NCBI GenBank assembly: GCA_965183835.1
Contig: CBCYME010000010.1
Span: forward strand, 188,102-252,101
Direction: 5' to 3'
Length of the DNA stretch: 64,000 nucleotides
Source of the DNA: Paracoccaceae bacterium
GTDB taxonomy: Bacteria > Pseudomonadota > Alphaproteobacteria > Rhodobacterales > Rhodobacteraceae
Positions 26,348 to 35,856 of the stretch are shown here, piece by piece. The position numbers and the translations under genes were made by a program. Numbering within the stretch: position 1 is the stretch's first letter; each line of letters starts with the position of its first letter. Below the pieces are notes generated by a model, which saw only the letters and a program-made list of their open reading frames with translations, searched no databases and was not told where the DNA came from.

Positions 26348-28158
26348 TCATGATCCGCGAACCAAATGATCTTGGGCCGCATCTGTACGATTTTGCCGTC
26401 ATTTCGGACACACACGTCAACCCGGATGAAACAACGTGCAACTCGCCCTTTCCGGTCAATGCACGGGCAAACGCACGGTTTCGGCATGTGATAGCAGACC
26501 TCAATCAACGGGATGTGTCTTTTGTGGTGCACCTCGGGGATCTGTTACATCCGGTACCAGATACGGGCCCTCTTTATGCCCAAGCCGCCGCAACCTATCG
26601 CGAGATTGAACAGGATCTGAAGGTTCCGATCCACCATGTACCCGGCAATCATGACATCGGCGATACCCCGGTTAAAGGCGCCCCGGCCAGCCCCTCAACC
26701 GAAAGCATGATCACCGCCTGGACCCAAGAGTTTGGCGCCCAATATCAGGCTTTTACCCACGGCAATGTCCGGTTCCTATTGCTCAATGCACAGCTGATAA
26801 ATTCAGGCCTGCCTGACGAACAACGACAAAAGGATTGGGTCGAAACCGAGCTCGCGCAAGCCCAATCCCGCGTCATGGTAATGCTGCATCACCCCGCTTA
26901 TCTGTGCTTTCCCGATGAGCCGTCCCACTATGACAACACTGACCCGCCCGGGCGGGATTGGCTGCTGGGGCTTTTGGAACAACACAAGGTTGAGGCGATG
27001 TTTTCAGGACATGCGCACAACTTTTGGTACGACCGGTTTGGGCAAACCGATTACTATCTGGCCCCCGCAACCAGCTTTGTCCGCCAAGATTATTCGGAAA
27101 TGCTGCGCACATGCCCGCCAGCCGGCAGCGAGGCAGGACGCGACGACAAAGCCAAACTGGGCTATTTTATCGTCTCTGTTTACGACAACGGCCACACCAC
27201 GCAATTTGTCCGCACAAATGGGCAGGAATTGCCTTTGGGTAAAACGCCAACGGCGGCCAAACCCATTGCCCAGACACCAAGGGAAAACTCCGCACCAAGG
27301 CTAGGGTTTGATCTGCGCCAGAACTGGGCAGAAATCAGTGAGATCCCCCCATCCGGCGGTCTGGACGAATTCGACCGAAAGCAAGCGCGCAATGATTACC
27401 CACTGCTCGCTTTGATCGAAATGGGTGTTCGGGATGTCCGTGTTCCCTTCTCTGACCTACGTGACCCGATGCGGCGGCAGCGCTTGTCTGCCCTGTGTCA
27501 CCTTGGGTTTCGCCCAACCCTGTTTAGTTTCGGCATCCCGACTGAGCTGGATCTGAAACTCATTGAAACGTGCAAGGACTGCCTGACCGATTGGGAAATG
27601 ACGCTTGATTGGGGCACCCACACATCCTTACGCGATGCAATCACGGACGCGCATCACCGGACTGGGCTGCCAATCTTGCTGTCGCGGATGCGGTCGAAAA
27701 AGGATCTGCCAGCCGGGTCGCTCTATTTCCACGTCATCAACCATGGGTTTTCACACGATGATGACGCGCAGCTGGACCAACTGGCCAATCTAACACCCGC
27801 GGGTGTGGCCGGGGCTGTCTTCCGGCTCTCTAATCAAGCTCCGATTGCGGATACTCTGACCCACATCGCGCGCGCCACAAAGGCGCGAAACATGCGCGGC
27901 GCAGTGCATATGCGGGTGGCCGGGGACAATCCAGCGATAGCACATGAAAACCACACCGAAACCTGTGATCGACTGGGCGAGGCCGTCAGACTTTTGCCCA
28001 CGTTAGAGTCGATCCGTCTCTGGTGCGATACCTTTGTCGATATCGATCGTGGCTACTTTCCCCGCCAAGGTGCGATTGACCGGAATGGCAATCCCAATCC
28101 ACTGGCGCGCATGATCAAAGAGCTCCACCTGAAAGCAGGTACACTCAACGCCTCCTGA
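26344..28158 (+). CDS. Metallophosphoesterase-domain protein fused to a ~300-aa C-terminal domain of unknown function
   Basis: GTG 26344 overlaps the tctA stop (GTGA); ATG 26350 is an alternative start. Calcineurin-like motifs are present (SDTHVNPDE, HLGDLLHP, GNHDIGD, MLHHP, GHAHN). I do not recognise the C-terminal half. Confidence 0.75.
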   Translation: MIMIREPNDLGPHLYDFAVISDTHVNPDETTCNSPFPVNARANARFRHVIADLNQRDVSFVVHLGDLLHPVPDTGPLYAQAAATYREIEQDLKVPIHHVPGNHDIGDTPVKGAPASPSTESMITAWTQEFGAQYQAFTHGNVRFLLLNAQLINSGLPDEQRQKDWVETELAQAQSRVMVMLHHPAYLCFPDEPSHYDNTDPPGRDWLLGLLEQHKVEAMFSGHAHNFWYDRFGQTDYYLAPATSFVRQDYSEMLRTCPPAGSEAGRDDKAKLGYFIVSVYDNGHTTQFVRTNGQELPLGKTPTAAKPIAQTPRENSAPRLGFDLRQNWAEISEIPPSGGLDEFDRKQARNDYPLLALIEMGVRDVRVPFSDLRDPMRRQRLSALCHLGFRPTLFSFGIPTELDLKLIETCKDCLTDWEMTLDWGTHTSLRDAITDAHHRTGLPILLSRMRSKKDLPAGSLYFHVINHGFSHDDDAQLDQLANLTPAGVAGAVFRLSNQAPIADTLTHIARATKARNMRGAVHMRVAGDNPAIAHENHTETCDRLGEAVRLLPTLESIRLWCDTFVDIDRGYFPRQGAIDRNGNPNPLARMIKELHLKAGTLNAS

Positions 28159-28340
28159 CGACAGTCTCGCAATCAATCAGGGCTGCCTATTTCCCCTCAC
28201 ATCCGAGGTCTTGCAAAAAGTTTCGGCGAAATCCCGTTCAAATTTGGGGGTCACTGCGCCCTGTACGATTGCGGTTCGCACCCGGATAACGGATAGAATG
28301 CACAGACACCGATGAAACTGAGCGGATAGGGCAGCACACC

Positions 28341-31145
28341 ATGAGCAAAACCGAGTTTGGCAAAGGCTGCCATTTGCACCTGATCGATGGCTCGGCCTTC
28401 ATTTTCCGTGCCTATCACGCGCTGCCGCCGCTGACGCGGAAATCCGACGGCCTGCCGATTGGCGCCGTGTCCGGGTTCTGCAACATGTTGCAGCGCTATG
28501 TCGAAGGGAACCACGGCCCCGATGCCCCGACCCATGTCGCGGTCATCTTTGACAAGGGCTCCCATACCTTTCGCAACGACATGTATGACCTCTACAAAGC
28601 CAATCGCGAAGCAATGCCCGAGGATCTGCGCCCACAGATGCCGCTGACGCGCGAAGCAACCCACGCCTTCAACATCGCCTGCGAGGAAAAGGAAGGCTAC
28701 GAGGCCGACGACATCATCGCGACCCTTGCCGTGCAGGCGCGCGCCGCCGGTGGCCGTTGTACCATCATCAGTTCGGACAAAGACCTGATGCAATTGGTCG
28801 GTGACGGTGTCGAAATGTACGACGCGATGAAGAACAAGCGCATTGACCGGGATGGAGTGTTCGAGAAATTCGGCGTGTTCCCTGACCGGGTCGTGGATGT
28901 GCAGGCGCTGGCCGGTGACAGCGTGGACAACGTGCCCGGCGCGCCCGGCATTGGCATCAAAACCGCCGCGTTATTAATCAACGAATACGGTGATCTGGAA
29001 AGCCTGCTGGATCGCGCCAAAGAGATCAAACAACCCAAACGCCGCCAGACTTTGGTCGACAAACGCGATCAGATCGAACTGTCCAAGCGGTTGGTTCAAC
29101 TGGACGAAAAGACCCCTCTCGACTTTACGCTCGAGGATCTAGAGGTTCGCGACCCCGACCCAAACAAGTTGTTGGCCTTTCTGGCCGAGATGGAATTCCG
29201 CACCCTGACCAAGCGGATCGCGGATCAACTGGGCGCCGAAGCCCCCACCATCACTGACAAAGTTGCCCCCGAGGCCGAAGAAATCTCGGTCGCGGACATT
29301 CCGTTTGATGCCACAAAATACGAATGTGTGCGCGACGCCGCGGCGCTGCAAAAATGGGTGGAACAGATCCGCGAACATGGTTGGGTCGCCGTGGATACCG
29401 AAACCACCGGCCTCAATGAAATGATCGTCGATCTGGTCGGCATTTCGCTGTGTGTTCAGGCCGGCACCGCCTGTTACATCCCCCTGACCCATCGCAATGG
29501 ATCAGCAGACGATCTGTTCGGCTCTGATGAACTGGCCGAGGGACAAATGCCGCTCGACGATGCGCTTGCCATTCTGAAACCCGTGCTTGAGGATCCCGCG
29601 ATCCTGAAGATCGGGCAGAACATGAAATACGATTCCAAGATCTTCAAACGGTACGGCGTGTCCGTTGCCCCGATCGACGATACCATGTTGATGTCGTCGG
29701 CCATGCACGCCGGGGAACACGGCCATGGTATGGATACCCTGTCAGACAGATACCTGAACCACACGCCAATCCCGATCAAACCCTTGTTGGGCAGCGGCAA
29801 ATCCGCGATCACCTTTGATAAGGTGCCAATTGACGAAGCCACCGCTTACGCCGCCGAAGATGCCGACATCACCCTGCGCCTGTGGCAGCATTTCAAGCCA
29901 CAACTGCACCGCGCGCAGGTCACCACCGTTTATGAAACGCTGGAACGTCCGCTCGTGCCTGTGCTGGCTGAAATGGAAATGCACGGTATCAAAGTCGACC
30001 GCGAGGTGCTCAGCCGTATGTCCAACGCCTTTGCCCAGAAAATGGCAGGGCTTGAGGCCGAGATACACGAACTATCGGGTGAGACATTCAATGTCGGCTC
30101 GCCCGCGCAATTGGGCGAGATCCTATTTGAAAAGATGGGGCTTGAGGGCGGTAAAAAGGGCAAGACCGGAAAATATTCAACCGGTGCGGACATTCTGGAA
30201 GATCTGGCAACCGAACACGAATTGCCCCGCCGGGTGCTGGATTGGCGTCAGCTGAGCAAGCTGAAATCCACCTATACCGACGCGCTGCAAACGCACATCA
30301 ACCCCGATACGGGGCGGGTACACACCTCATATTCGATCACCGGGGCGACCACCGGGCGGTTGGCCTCGACCGATCCGAACCTTCAGAACATCCCGGTGCG
30401 CACCGAAGAAGGGCGCCGCATCCGCGAGGCATTTATTCCCGAACCGGGCAATGTCTTACTGTCGCTCGATTACAGCCAGATCGAATTGCGCATCCTTGCC
30501 CACATCGCCGAAATTGACGCTTTGAAACAAGCCTTTGCGGATGGCTTGGACATTCACGCCATGACCGCGTCAGAGATGTTCGACGTGCCGCTGGACGAGA
30601 TGACATCCGACATTCGCCGTCAGGCCAAAGCCATCAACTTTGGTGTGATTTATGGCATTTCCGGGTTTGGGCTGGCGCGCAACCTGCGCATTCCACGCAG
30701 CGAGGCGCAGGGATTCATTGACCGCTATTTCGAACGCTTTCCCGGCATTCGGACCTACATGGATGACACCGTCGCCTTTGCCAAAGAGCACGGGTATGTC
30801 CAGACACTGTTCGGGCGCAAAATCCACACGCCAGAAATGTCCTCAAAGGGGCCGCGCGCTGGGTTTGCCAAACGTGCCGCGATCAACGCCCCCATTCAGG
30901 GGACTGCAGCGGATGTGATCCGCCGCGCCATGATCCAGATGCCTGCTGCCATCGCGCATTTACCCGCGCGGATGCTGTTGCAGGTCCACGATGAACTGCT
31001 GTTCGAAGTGCCCGCTGATCATGTGGATGAAACCATTGATGTTGCCCGCCGCGTGATGGAAGGCGCATGCGACCCCGCCGTGAAACTGGACGTCAAACTC
31101 ACAGTGGACGCAGGACAAGGTGCAAACTGGGCCGAGGCGCATTAA
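28341..31145 (+). CDS. polA: DNA polymerase I
   Basis: 934-aa ORF with 5'-nuclease, 3'-5' exonuclease and polymerase domains (DYSQIELR, RRQAKAINFGVIYG, QVHDELLFE). Confidence 0.97.
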   Translation: MSKTEFGKGCHLHLIDGSAFIFRAYHALPPLTRKSDGLPIGAVSGFCNMLQRYVEGNHGPDAPTHVAVIFDKGSHTFRNDMYDLYKANREAMPEDLRPQMPLTREATHAFNIACEEKEGYEADDIIATLAVQARAAGGRCTIISSDKDLMQLVGDGVEMYDAMKNKRIDRDGVFEKFGVFPDRVVDVQALAGDSVDNVPGAPGIGIKTAALLINEYGDLESLLDRAKEIKQPKRRQTLVDKRDQIELSKRLVQLDEKTPLDFTLEDLEVRDPDPNKLLAFLAEMEFRTLTKRIADQLGAEAPTITDKVAPEAEEISVADIPFDATKYECVRDAAALQKWVEQIREHGWVAVDTETTGLNEMIVDLVGISLCVQAGTACYIPLTHRNGSADDLFGSDELAEGQMPLDDALAILKPVLEDPAILKIGQNMKYDSKIFKRYGVSVAPIDDTMLMSSAMHAGEHGHGMDTLSDRYLNHTPIPIKPLLGSGKSAITFDKVPIDEATAYAAEDADITLRLWQHFKPQLHRAQVTTVYETLERPLVPVLAEMEMHGIKVDREVLSRMSNAFAQKMAGLEAEIHELSGETFNVGSPAQLGEILFEKMGLEGGKKGKTGKYSTGADILEDLATEHELPRRVLDWRQLSKLKSTYTDALQTHINPDTGRVHTSYSITGATTGRLASTDPNLQNIPVRTEEGRRIREAFIPEPGNVLLSLDYSQIELRILAHIAEIDALKQAFADGLDIHAMTASEMFDVPLDEMTSDIRRQAKAINFGVIYGISGFGLARNLRIPRSEAQGFIDRYFERFPGIRTYMDDTVAFAKEHGYVQTLFGRKIHTPEMSSKGPRAGFAKRAAINAPIQGTAADVIRRAMIQMPAAIAHLPARMLLQVHDELLFEVPADHVDETIDVARRVMEGACDPAVKLDVKLTVDAGQGANWAEAH

Positions 31146-31165
31146 GCGCCCTCGCCCCAGTTTGG

Positions 31166-31399
31166 TCAGCTTTCGACGCGCACCATCTTGGCGACCAGCT
31201 TGCGAATGCCGGGACCGGCGAAAAAGATAACTGCGAATGCGATGGGCCAGCTAAAGCTCCATGCGCCCATCCATCCCGCAAAGGTATGATCGCCCAGACC
31301 CAGCGCCTTGATGGTGGCAACGCAGGTGACAATGAACGACATCAACCCCGAAGCGATCAAAGCAAACAGAGCCGGAGCATAGCGGGCGGGAATCATCAC
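31166..31399 (-). CDS. DUF2798-like small membrane protein
   Basis: 77-aa ORF with two hydrophobic helices (YAPALFALIASGLMSFIVT..., WSFSWPIAFAVIFFAGP). Confidence 0.55.
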   Translation of the reverse strand: MMIPARYAPALFALIASGLMSFIVTCVATIKALGLGDHTFAGWMGAWSFSWPIAFAVIFFAGPGIRKLVAKMVRVES

Positions 31400-31469
31400 A
31401 GGTCTTCCTTTTGCGAACCGCCCAATGCATGCAATGTTCAGAATGTGATGTCCAGCATCCTACCGGCTG

Positions 31470-32222
31470 TTACCCCATCCAATGCAGGGATTGCACCGTG
31501 CGCGGCGTGCTGGGGTTGTACTCAGCACTAACCCACCCCTGATATCCACACTCGTCCATCGCCGCAAAAAGTGATGGAAAATCAATCGGTCCCGGTGCAG
31601 GTTCGCTGCGATCCGGCGCTGCCCCAATTTGAGCATGAGTGACTAAAGGATGAAACCGCTCCCAGATGTCAGCGGCATCACCATGGATCACCTGTGCGTG
31701 ATAGCTGTCAAATTGCAGACCCACATTGGGCCGATCGACCGCCGTCAAAATGTCTGCGGCCAGATCGTAATCGTTCAGGAAATAGTTTGGCTGATCGCCT
31801 ACGTTCAAAGGTTCGATGGTAAATTTCTGGTTTGGGTGCTGATCCGCTGCCCATTGCAAATTTCGCACAAAACTAGCCTGCGCGTCGGGCCCCTGCTCAT
31901 AGCCAGCCATGACATGAATGTGCTCGGGTTTCAGTTGCTCAGCATAACGCATCACCCGTCGAATATCGCGCTGGAACCTGTCTTCGCCCGCTGGAATCGC
32001 CGCATACCCCGGCGTGCCTCCGGTGTAATTTGGGGGCGGCGCATTGATCAGCACCAACTCCAGCCCATTGGCCAGCAGGGCGCGACGGGTGTTTTTTGCT
32101 GCAATGTCATAGGGGAACAAAATCTCCACCGCTTCGAACCCCGCATTTGCAGCGGCAGAAAAACGGTCGAGAAAGGGCAGCTCGGCAAATAATAATGAAA
32201 TATTGGCGGCAAATCGGGGCAT
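31470..32222 (-). CDS. hyi: Hydroxypyruvate isomerase-like TIM-barrel protein
   Basis: The internal ATG at 32222 gives MPRFAANISLLFAELPFLDRF..., a typical Hyi N-terminus. The xylose-isomerase-like fold is present. The long upstream extension of the 338-aa ORF is unsupported. Confidence 0.8.
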   Translation of the reverse strand: MPRFAANISLLFAELPFLDRFSAAANAGFEAVEILFPYDIAAKNTRRALLANGLELVLINAPPPNYTGGTPGYAAIPAGEDRFQRDIRRVMRYAEQLKPEHIHVMAGYEQGPDAQASFVRNLQWAADQHPNQKFTIEPLNVGDQPNYFLNDYDLAADILTAVDRPNVGLQFDSYHAQVIHGDAADIWERFHPLVTHAQIGAAPDRSEPAPGPIDFPSLFAAMDECGYQGWVSAEYNPSTPRTVQSLHWMG

Positions 32223-32395
32223 CGGGGCTCTCATTTGTTTCGCTAAAAGGAATAACTTGGAAAACAGTTCGCCGCCAAGGGACTGAAAACGACACATTGT
32301 CGAAAACCGACCAGACTGGGACACGCATTCCGAGTGATTTGATCCCAACGCATCGAATCTGATGCGATTCACAAACCACATAGAAAGACGTCGGG

Positions 32396-33361
32396 ATGGC
32401 CTACAGCCCTGATCCCGCACAGGCACTTGCGCCCAGCGCAATGTCCGAGCGGCACACATTGATTTCCGGAAATGCGCTTGGCACATCGGCCATGCTGTTT
32501 TGGGCCGCTGGTTTTCCCGCCGCAGAAGTCCTGCTGCAAAACTGGTCTCCGCTTGTCGTGATCGTGGCCCGTCTGGCGTTAGCCATGGCTGTCATGATCC
32601 CACTTTGGATTTGGCTCGAAGGCCCTGCAAAAGTACGCAATGCACCCTGGGGTAAAGCCATGTTTGTCGGCGGAGTTGGATTTGGGTTCGGAACATATTT
32701 TCTTTTGGTTGCACAAGACCTGACTGACCCCGTGACAGTTGCCTTGGTTGCATCCTGCGGCCCCCTTGTTGGTGCCTTGCTAGAGGTTCGCGCCCGCACC
32801 CGTCGGCTCACCTGGAGCTTTTGTTTAGGTATCGGCATTTCGATTTTGGGTGGCATCATCGCAACCAATGCGCTGGCCCCTGCCCAATTGGGATTGGGCG
32901 CGGCCTTTGCTGTTGCTGCAACCGTTCTGTTCACTTGGGCCAGCATGGCAACCGTGCGCGAATTCCCCAAACTGGGTAAGATCGGCCAGACAACCATCAC
33001 CATGACCGGCGCATTGGTGATGAACTCTGTCCTCTTGGTGGGGTCGATTTCGTTGGGATATGTTCCATCCCTTGCAACCCTGCCGTTTAACTTTGAGTTG
33101 GGTGGAATGCTTGTGATTTATGCGGTGATTTCGCTGTGTATCAGCCAAGCCATGTACATCGGGTCAATTGGCAAGCTGGGCGTCGCGGTGGCTTCTGTTC
33201 ATATGAACATCGCGCCATTCTATGTGATGGTAATCATGATGGTTCTCGGCGCCGCCTGGAACTGGTCCCAGGCCGCCGGTGCCGTCATTGTTGCCTTGGG
33301 CGTGGTGCTGTCGCAGTACAAACGCGCGCCTAAAGCCCGGTCAGCGCCTCTGACGGAATGA
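32396..33361 (+). CDS. DMT-superfamily (EamA-like) transporter
   Basis: 321-aa ORF with ~10 hydrophobic helices in two EamA-like halves. The start is uncertain; an alternative ATG lies at 32441. Confidence 0.8.
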   Translation: MAYSPDPAQALAPSAMSERHTLISGNALGTSAMLFWAAGFPAAEVLLQNWSPLVVIVARLALAMAVMIPLWIWLEGPAKVRNAPWGKAMFVGGVGFGFGTYFLLVAQDLTDPVTVALVASCGPLVGALLEVRARTRRLTWSFCLGIGISILGGIIATNALAPAQLGLGAAFAVAATVLFTWASMATVREFPKLGKIGQTTITMTGALVMNSVLLVGSISLGYVPSLATLPFNFELGGMLVIYAVISLCISQAMYIGSIGKLGVAVASVHMNIAPFYVMVIMMVLGAAWNWSQAAGAVIVALGVVLSQYKRAPKARSAPLTE

Positions 33362-33923
33362 TGCGAAAGAACGTGCCCGACGACCAGATCCCAAACCACC
33401 CGTCGTGATCTTCGCCCAGATCCACAAGCCGATAAAACGTCTTGCGATCAATCAAAGCCTCTAGCCCGGCGCGGATCATGATATAGGGCGCAGGTTCTTC
33501 GGTCTCAGGATCGCGCACAACGCGGATCGGATGGTCCAGTCCGGCAATGGCGGTGTCGCCCACATGGGTTGTGAACTCAAGCACCTGATCTTGACCCGTC
33601 CCGCTCACCTCGACATCTGTTGCAACAAACGGGGCATCGTCGACCGTGATGCCCACCTTTTCAACAGGTGTCACCAACACGTATTTGTCATTTTCAAGCT
33701 TTAGAATGGACGAAAACAACCGCACCAGTTGGGGGCGGGTGATCGGTGATCCCTGATAATACCACGTCCCATCCCGTGCGATCCGCATATCCAGATCCCC
33801 ACAAAACGGAGGGTTCCATAGATGCACAGGCGGTAATCCGCGTGATTTAGAGGCGCGAACCGCCTCTGCAATGCCATCTGCCGAGGGAGTCACAGCTTTT
33901 TGTCCACTCATTGTTTTTGCCAT
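33330..33923 (-). CDS. DUF1285 domain-containing protein
   Basis: 197-aa ORF whose motif LPPVHLWNPPFCGDLDMRIARDGTWYYQGSPI is typical of DUF1285. It is divergent from the MoxR operon. An alternative ATG lies at 33911. Confidence 0.7.
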   Translation of the reverse strand: MAKTMSGQKAVTPSADGIAEAVRASKSRGLPPVHLWNPPFCGDLDMRIARDGTWYYQGSPITRPQLVRLFSSILKLENDKYVLVTPVEKVGITVDDAPFVATDVEVSGTGQDQVLEFTTHVGDTAIAGLDHPIRVVRDPETEEPAPYIMIRAGLEALIDRKTFYRLVDLGEDHDGWFGIWSSGTFFRIIPSEALTGL

Positions 33924-33976
33924 TTCCTCTCAACGCGATACACTTAGTATTATATACGTCCACGGAAAGGAAAACC

Positions 33977-34984
33977 ATGTCCGAACCTGCCGATTTGGTC
34001 GCTGAGATTGAAGCCCTTGAAGATAAATTGAGATTGGCCAAAGAGTCGATTACGCATCGCTTTATCGGTCAAGAGCGTGTGGTTGACCTGACGCTGACCG
34101 CCCTGTTGTGCGGTGGACATGGCCTGTTGATTGGTCTGCCCGGACTGGGAAAAACCCTGTTGGTGGAAACGCTATCGACCGTCATGGGCCTAAATGGCAG
34201 CCGCATTCAATTCACGCCCGACCTGATGCCCGCTGACATTCTGGGGTCCGAGGTTCTGGATACCGCCGAGGATGGCAGCCGCCAGTTCCGATTTGTGTCC
34301 GGGCCGGTGTTCTGCCAGCTGCTGATGGCCGACGAAATCAACCGCGCCAGCCCCCGAACCCAATCCGCCTTGCTGCAGGCGATGCAGGAAAAAACCGTGA
34401 CTGTGGCCGGTGAAAACCGCCCCCTTGGTGCCCCGTTCCACGTGCTTGCAACGCAAAACCCGATTGAACAAGAAGGCACCTATCCGTTGCCCGAGGCGCA
34501 GTTAGACCGCTTTTTGGTTCAAATTGATGTGCCCTATCCAAATCGGACGACAGAACGCGATATTCTGACGGCCACCACCGGGATCGAAGATGCCAAGGCC
34601 GCACAAATATTCACCCACACCGAATTGCTCGACGCGCAAACATTGCTGCGGCGCATGCCGGTTGGGGAGTCGGTTGTCGAGATGATATTGGATCTGGTGC
34701 GGGCCTTCCGCCCCGAGGAACCCGGTGCCTCGGACCGTGTCCGCGAAACTGTGGCTTGGGGGCCGGGTCCGCGCGCAGCGCAGGCTTTGATGATGACCGT
34801 GCGCGCCCGCGCTCTGTTGCAGGGTCGTCTTGCCCCAAATGCCGAGGATGTCATTGATATGGCGCGTCCCGTTCTGAGCCACCGGATGGCGTTGAACTTT
34901 GCCGCCCGCGCCCGTGGTGACAGTCTGGCCGACCTTATCGAAAGCACTGCAGCTGGTTTGACACGATCCGAGGTCGCGGCGTGA
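33977..34984 (+). CDS. MoxR-family AAA+ ATPase
   Basis: ATG 33977 has GGAAAGGA upstream. Walker A (GLPGLGKT), Walker B (LLMADEINRA) and the MoxR signature (ATQNPIEQEGTYPLPEAQLDRF) are present. Confidence 0.9.
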   Translation: MSEPADLVAEIEALEDKLRLAKESITHRFIGQERVVDLTLTALLCGGHGLLIGLPGLGKTLLVETLSTVMGLNGSRIQFTPDLMPADILGSEVLDTAEDGSRQFRFVSGPVFCQLLMADEINRASPRTQSALLQAMQEKTVTVAGENRPLGAPFHVLATQNPIEQEGTYPLPEAQLDRFLVQIDVPYPNRTTERDILTATTGIEDAKAAQIFTHTELLDAQTLLRRMPVGESVVEMILDLVRAFRPEEPGASDRVRETVAWGPGPRAAQALMMTVRARALLQGRLAPNAEDVIDMARPVLSHRMALNFAARARGDSLADLIESTAAGLTRSEVAA

Positions 34985-35856
34985 CACCTGCCCTTACCCT
35001 TCGTGAACGATCCGAGGCCGAAGCCGCCCGATTGCCACCCCTTTTGGCCCGGGCGGAACAACTGGCGGGGACTGTCTTGCTGGGGGACCACGGACGCCGA
35101 CGCGCGGGGTTGGGGGATGATTTTTGGCAATATCGACCTGCACAAGTGGGCGATAGCAAGCGAATGATCGATCACCGCCGGTCCGCGCGCGGCGACCAGC
35201 AATTCGTCCGGGAACGAGAATGGCAAATCGCGCAATCGGTGATGTTCTGGATCGGTCAGGGTGCCTCGATGCAATTTACCTCAGGCAAGGATACCCCCAC
35301 CAAAATTGACCGCGCCCGGCTGCTGGGCCTCTCAACTGCGATCCTGCTTGCCCGAGCAGGGGAACGCGTTGGTTTGACAGGAACCACACTGCCGCCTCGG
35401 CGCGGCAATGCGCAGGTCGTTCGATTGGCCGAAGCCTGGTCCGTGGATCACCAAACCGACTATGCACCGCCGGAACACAAAGCGCTTATCCCACATGCAC
35501 GGGCCGTATTTATTTCTGACTTTCTGGGGGATCTGACCGAAGTTGAAACCGCCCTGACCAAAGCCGCAGATCGTGGCATACGCGGGGTGATTATGCAGGT
35601 GTTGGACCCCAGCGAAGAGGCGTTTCCCTTTCAGGGTCGCACCGTCTTTGAAAGCGTCGGTGGCACAGTGCGCCACGAAACCCTAAAGGCGGGGGATTTG
35701 CGGACCCGGTATCTGGATCGGTTGGCAGAACGTCGCGACCATCTGCAACGCATTTGCAACGCCACAGGATGGATGTTTGGCCGTCACCACACCGGGCATT
35801 CAGCGCAAACCGCGTTGGTGTGGTTGTATCAGGCACTCGAGAGAGGGTCGCGATGA
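34981..35856 (+). CDS. DUF58 domain-containing protein
   Basis: 291-aa ORF whose GTG start overlaps the MoxR stop (GTGA). It is the usual MoxR partner (FWQYRPAQVGDSKRMIDHRRSAR). Confidence 0.8.
   Translation: MTPALTLRERSEAEAARLPPLLARAEQLAGTVLLGDHGRRRAGLGDDFWQYRPAQVGDSKRMIDHRRSARGDQQFVREREWQIAQSVMFWIGQGASMQFTSGKDTPTKIDRARLLGLSTAILLARAGERVGLTGTTLPPRRGNAQVVRLAEAWSVDHQTDYAPPEHKALIPHARAVFISDFLGDLTEVETALTKAADRGIRGVIMQVLDPSEEAFPFQGRTVFESVGGTVRHETLKAGDLRTRYLDRLAERRDHLQRICNATGWMFGRHHTGHSAQTALVWLYQALERGSR

Noticed and set aside
28251-28793. 180-aa minus-strand ORF upstream of and overlapping polA
   Set aside because: It lies antisense to the highly conserved PolA 5'-nuclease domain and has no motifs.
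35754-35852. N-terminal extensions offered by the ORF track. This entry is the 950-aa version of the DUF4159 gene. Others are 33911 for MoxR, 23024 for ROK, 19191 for the ABC ATPase, 31470-32486 for hyi, 54626 for the thioesterase and 61799 for cytochrome c.
   Set aside because: The extensions overlap upstream genes or AT-rich promoter regions and lack SD sequences. Internal ATG/GTG starts give canonical N-termini, signal peptides or 4-nt stop/start overlaps.
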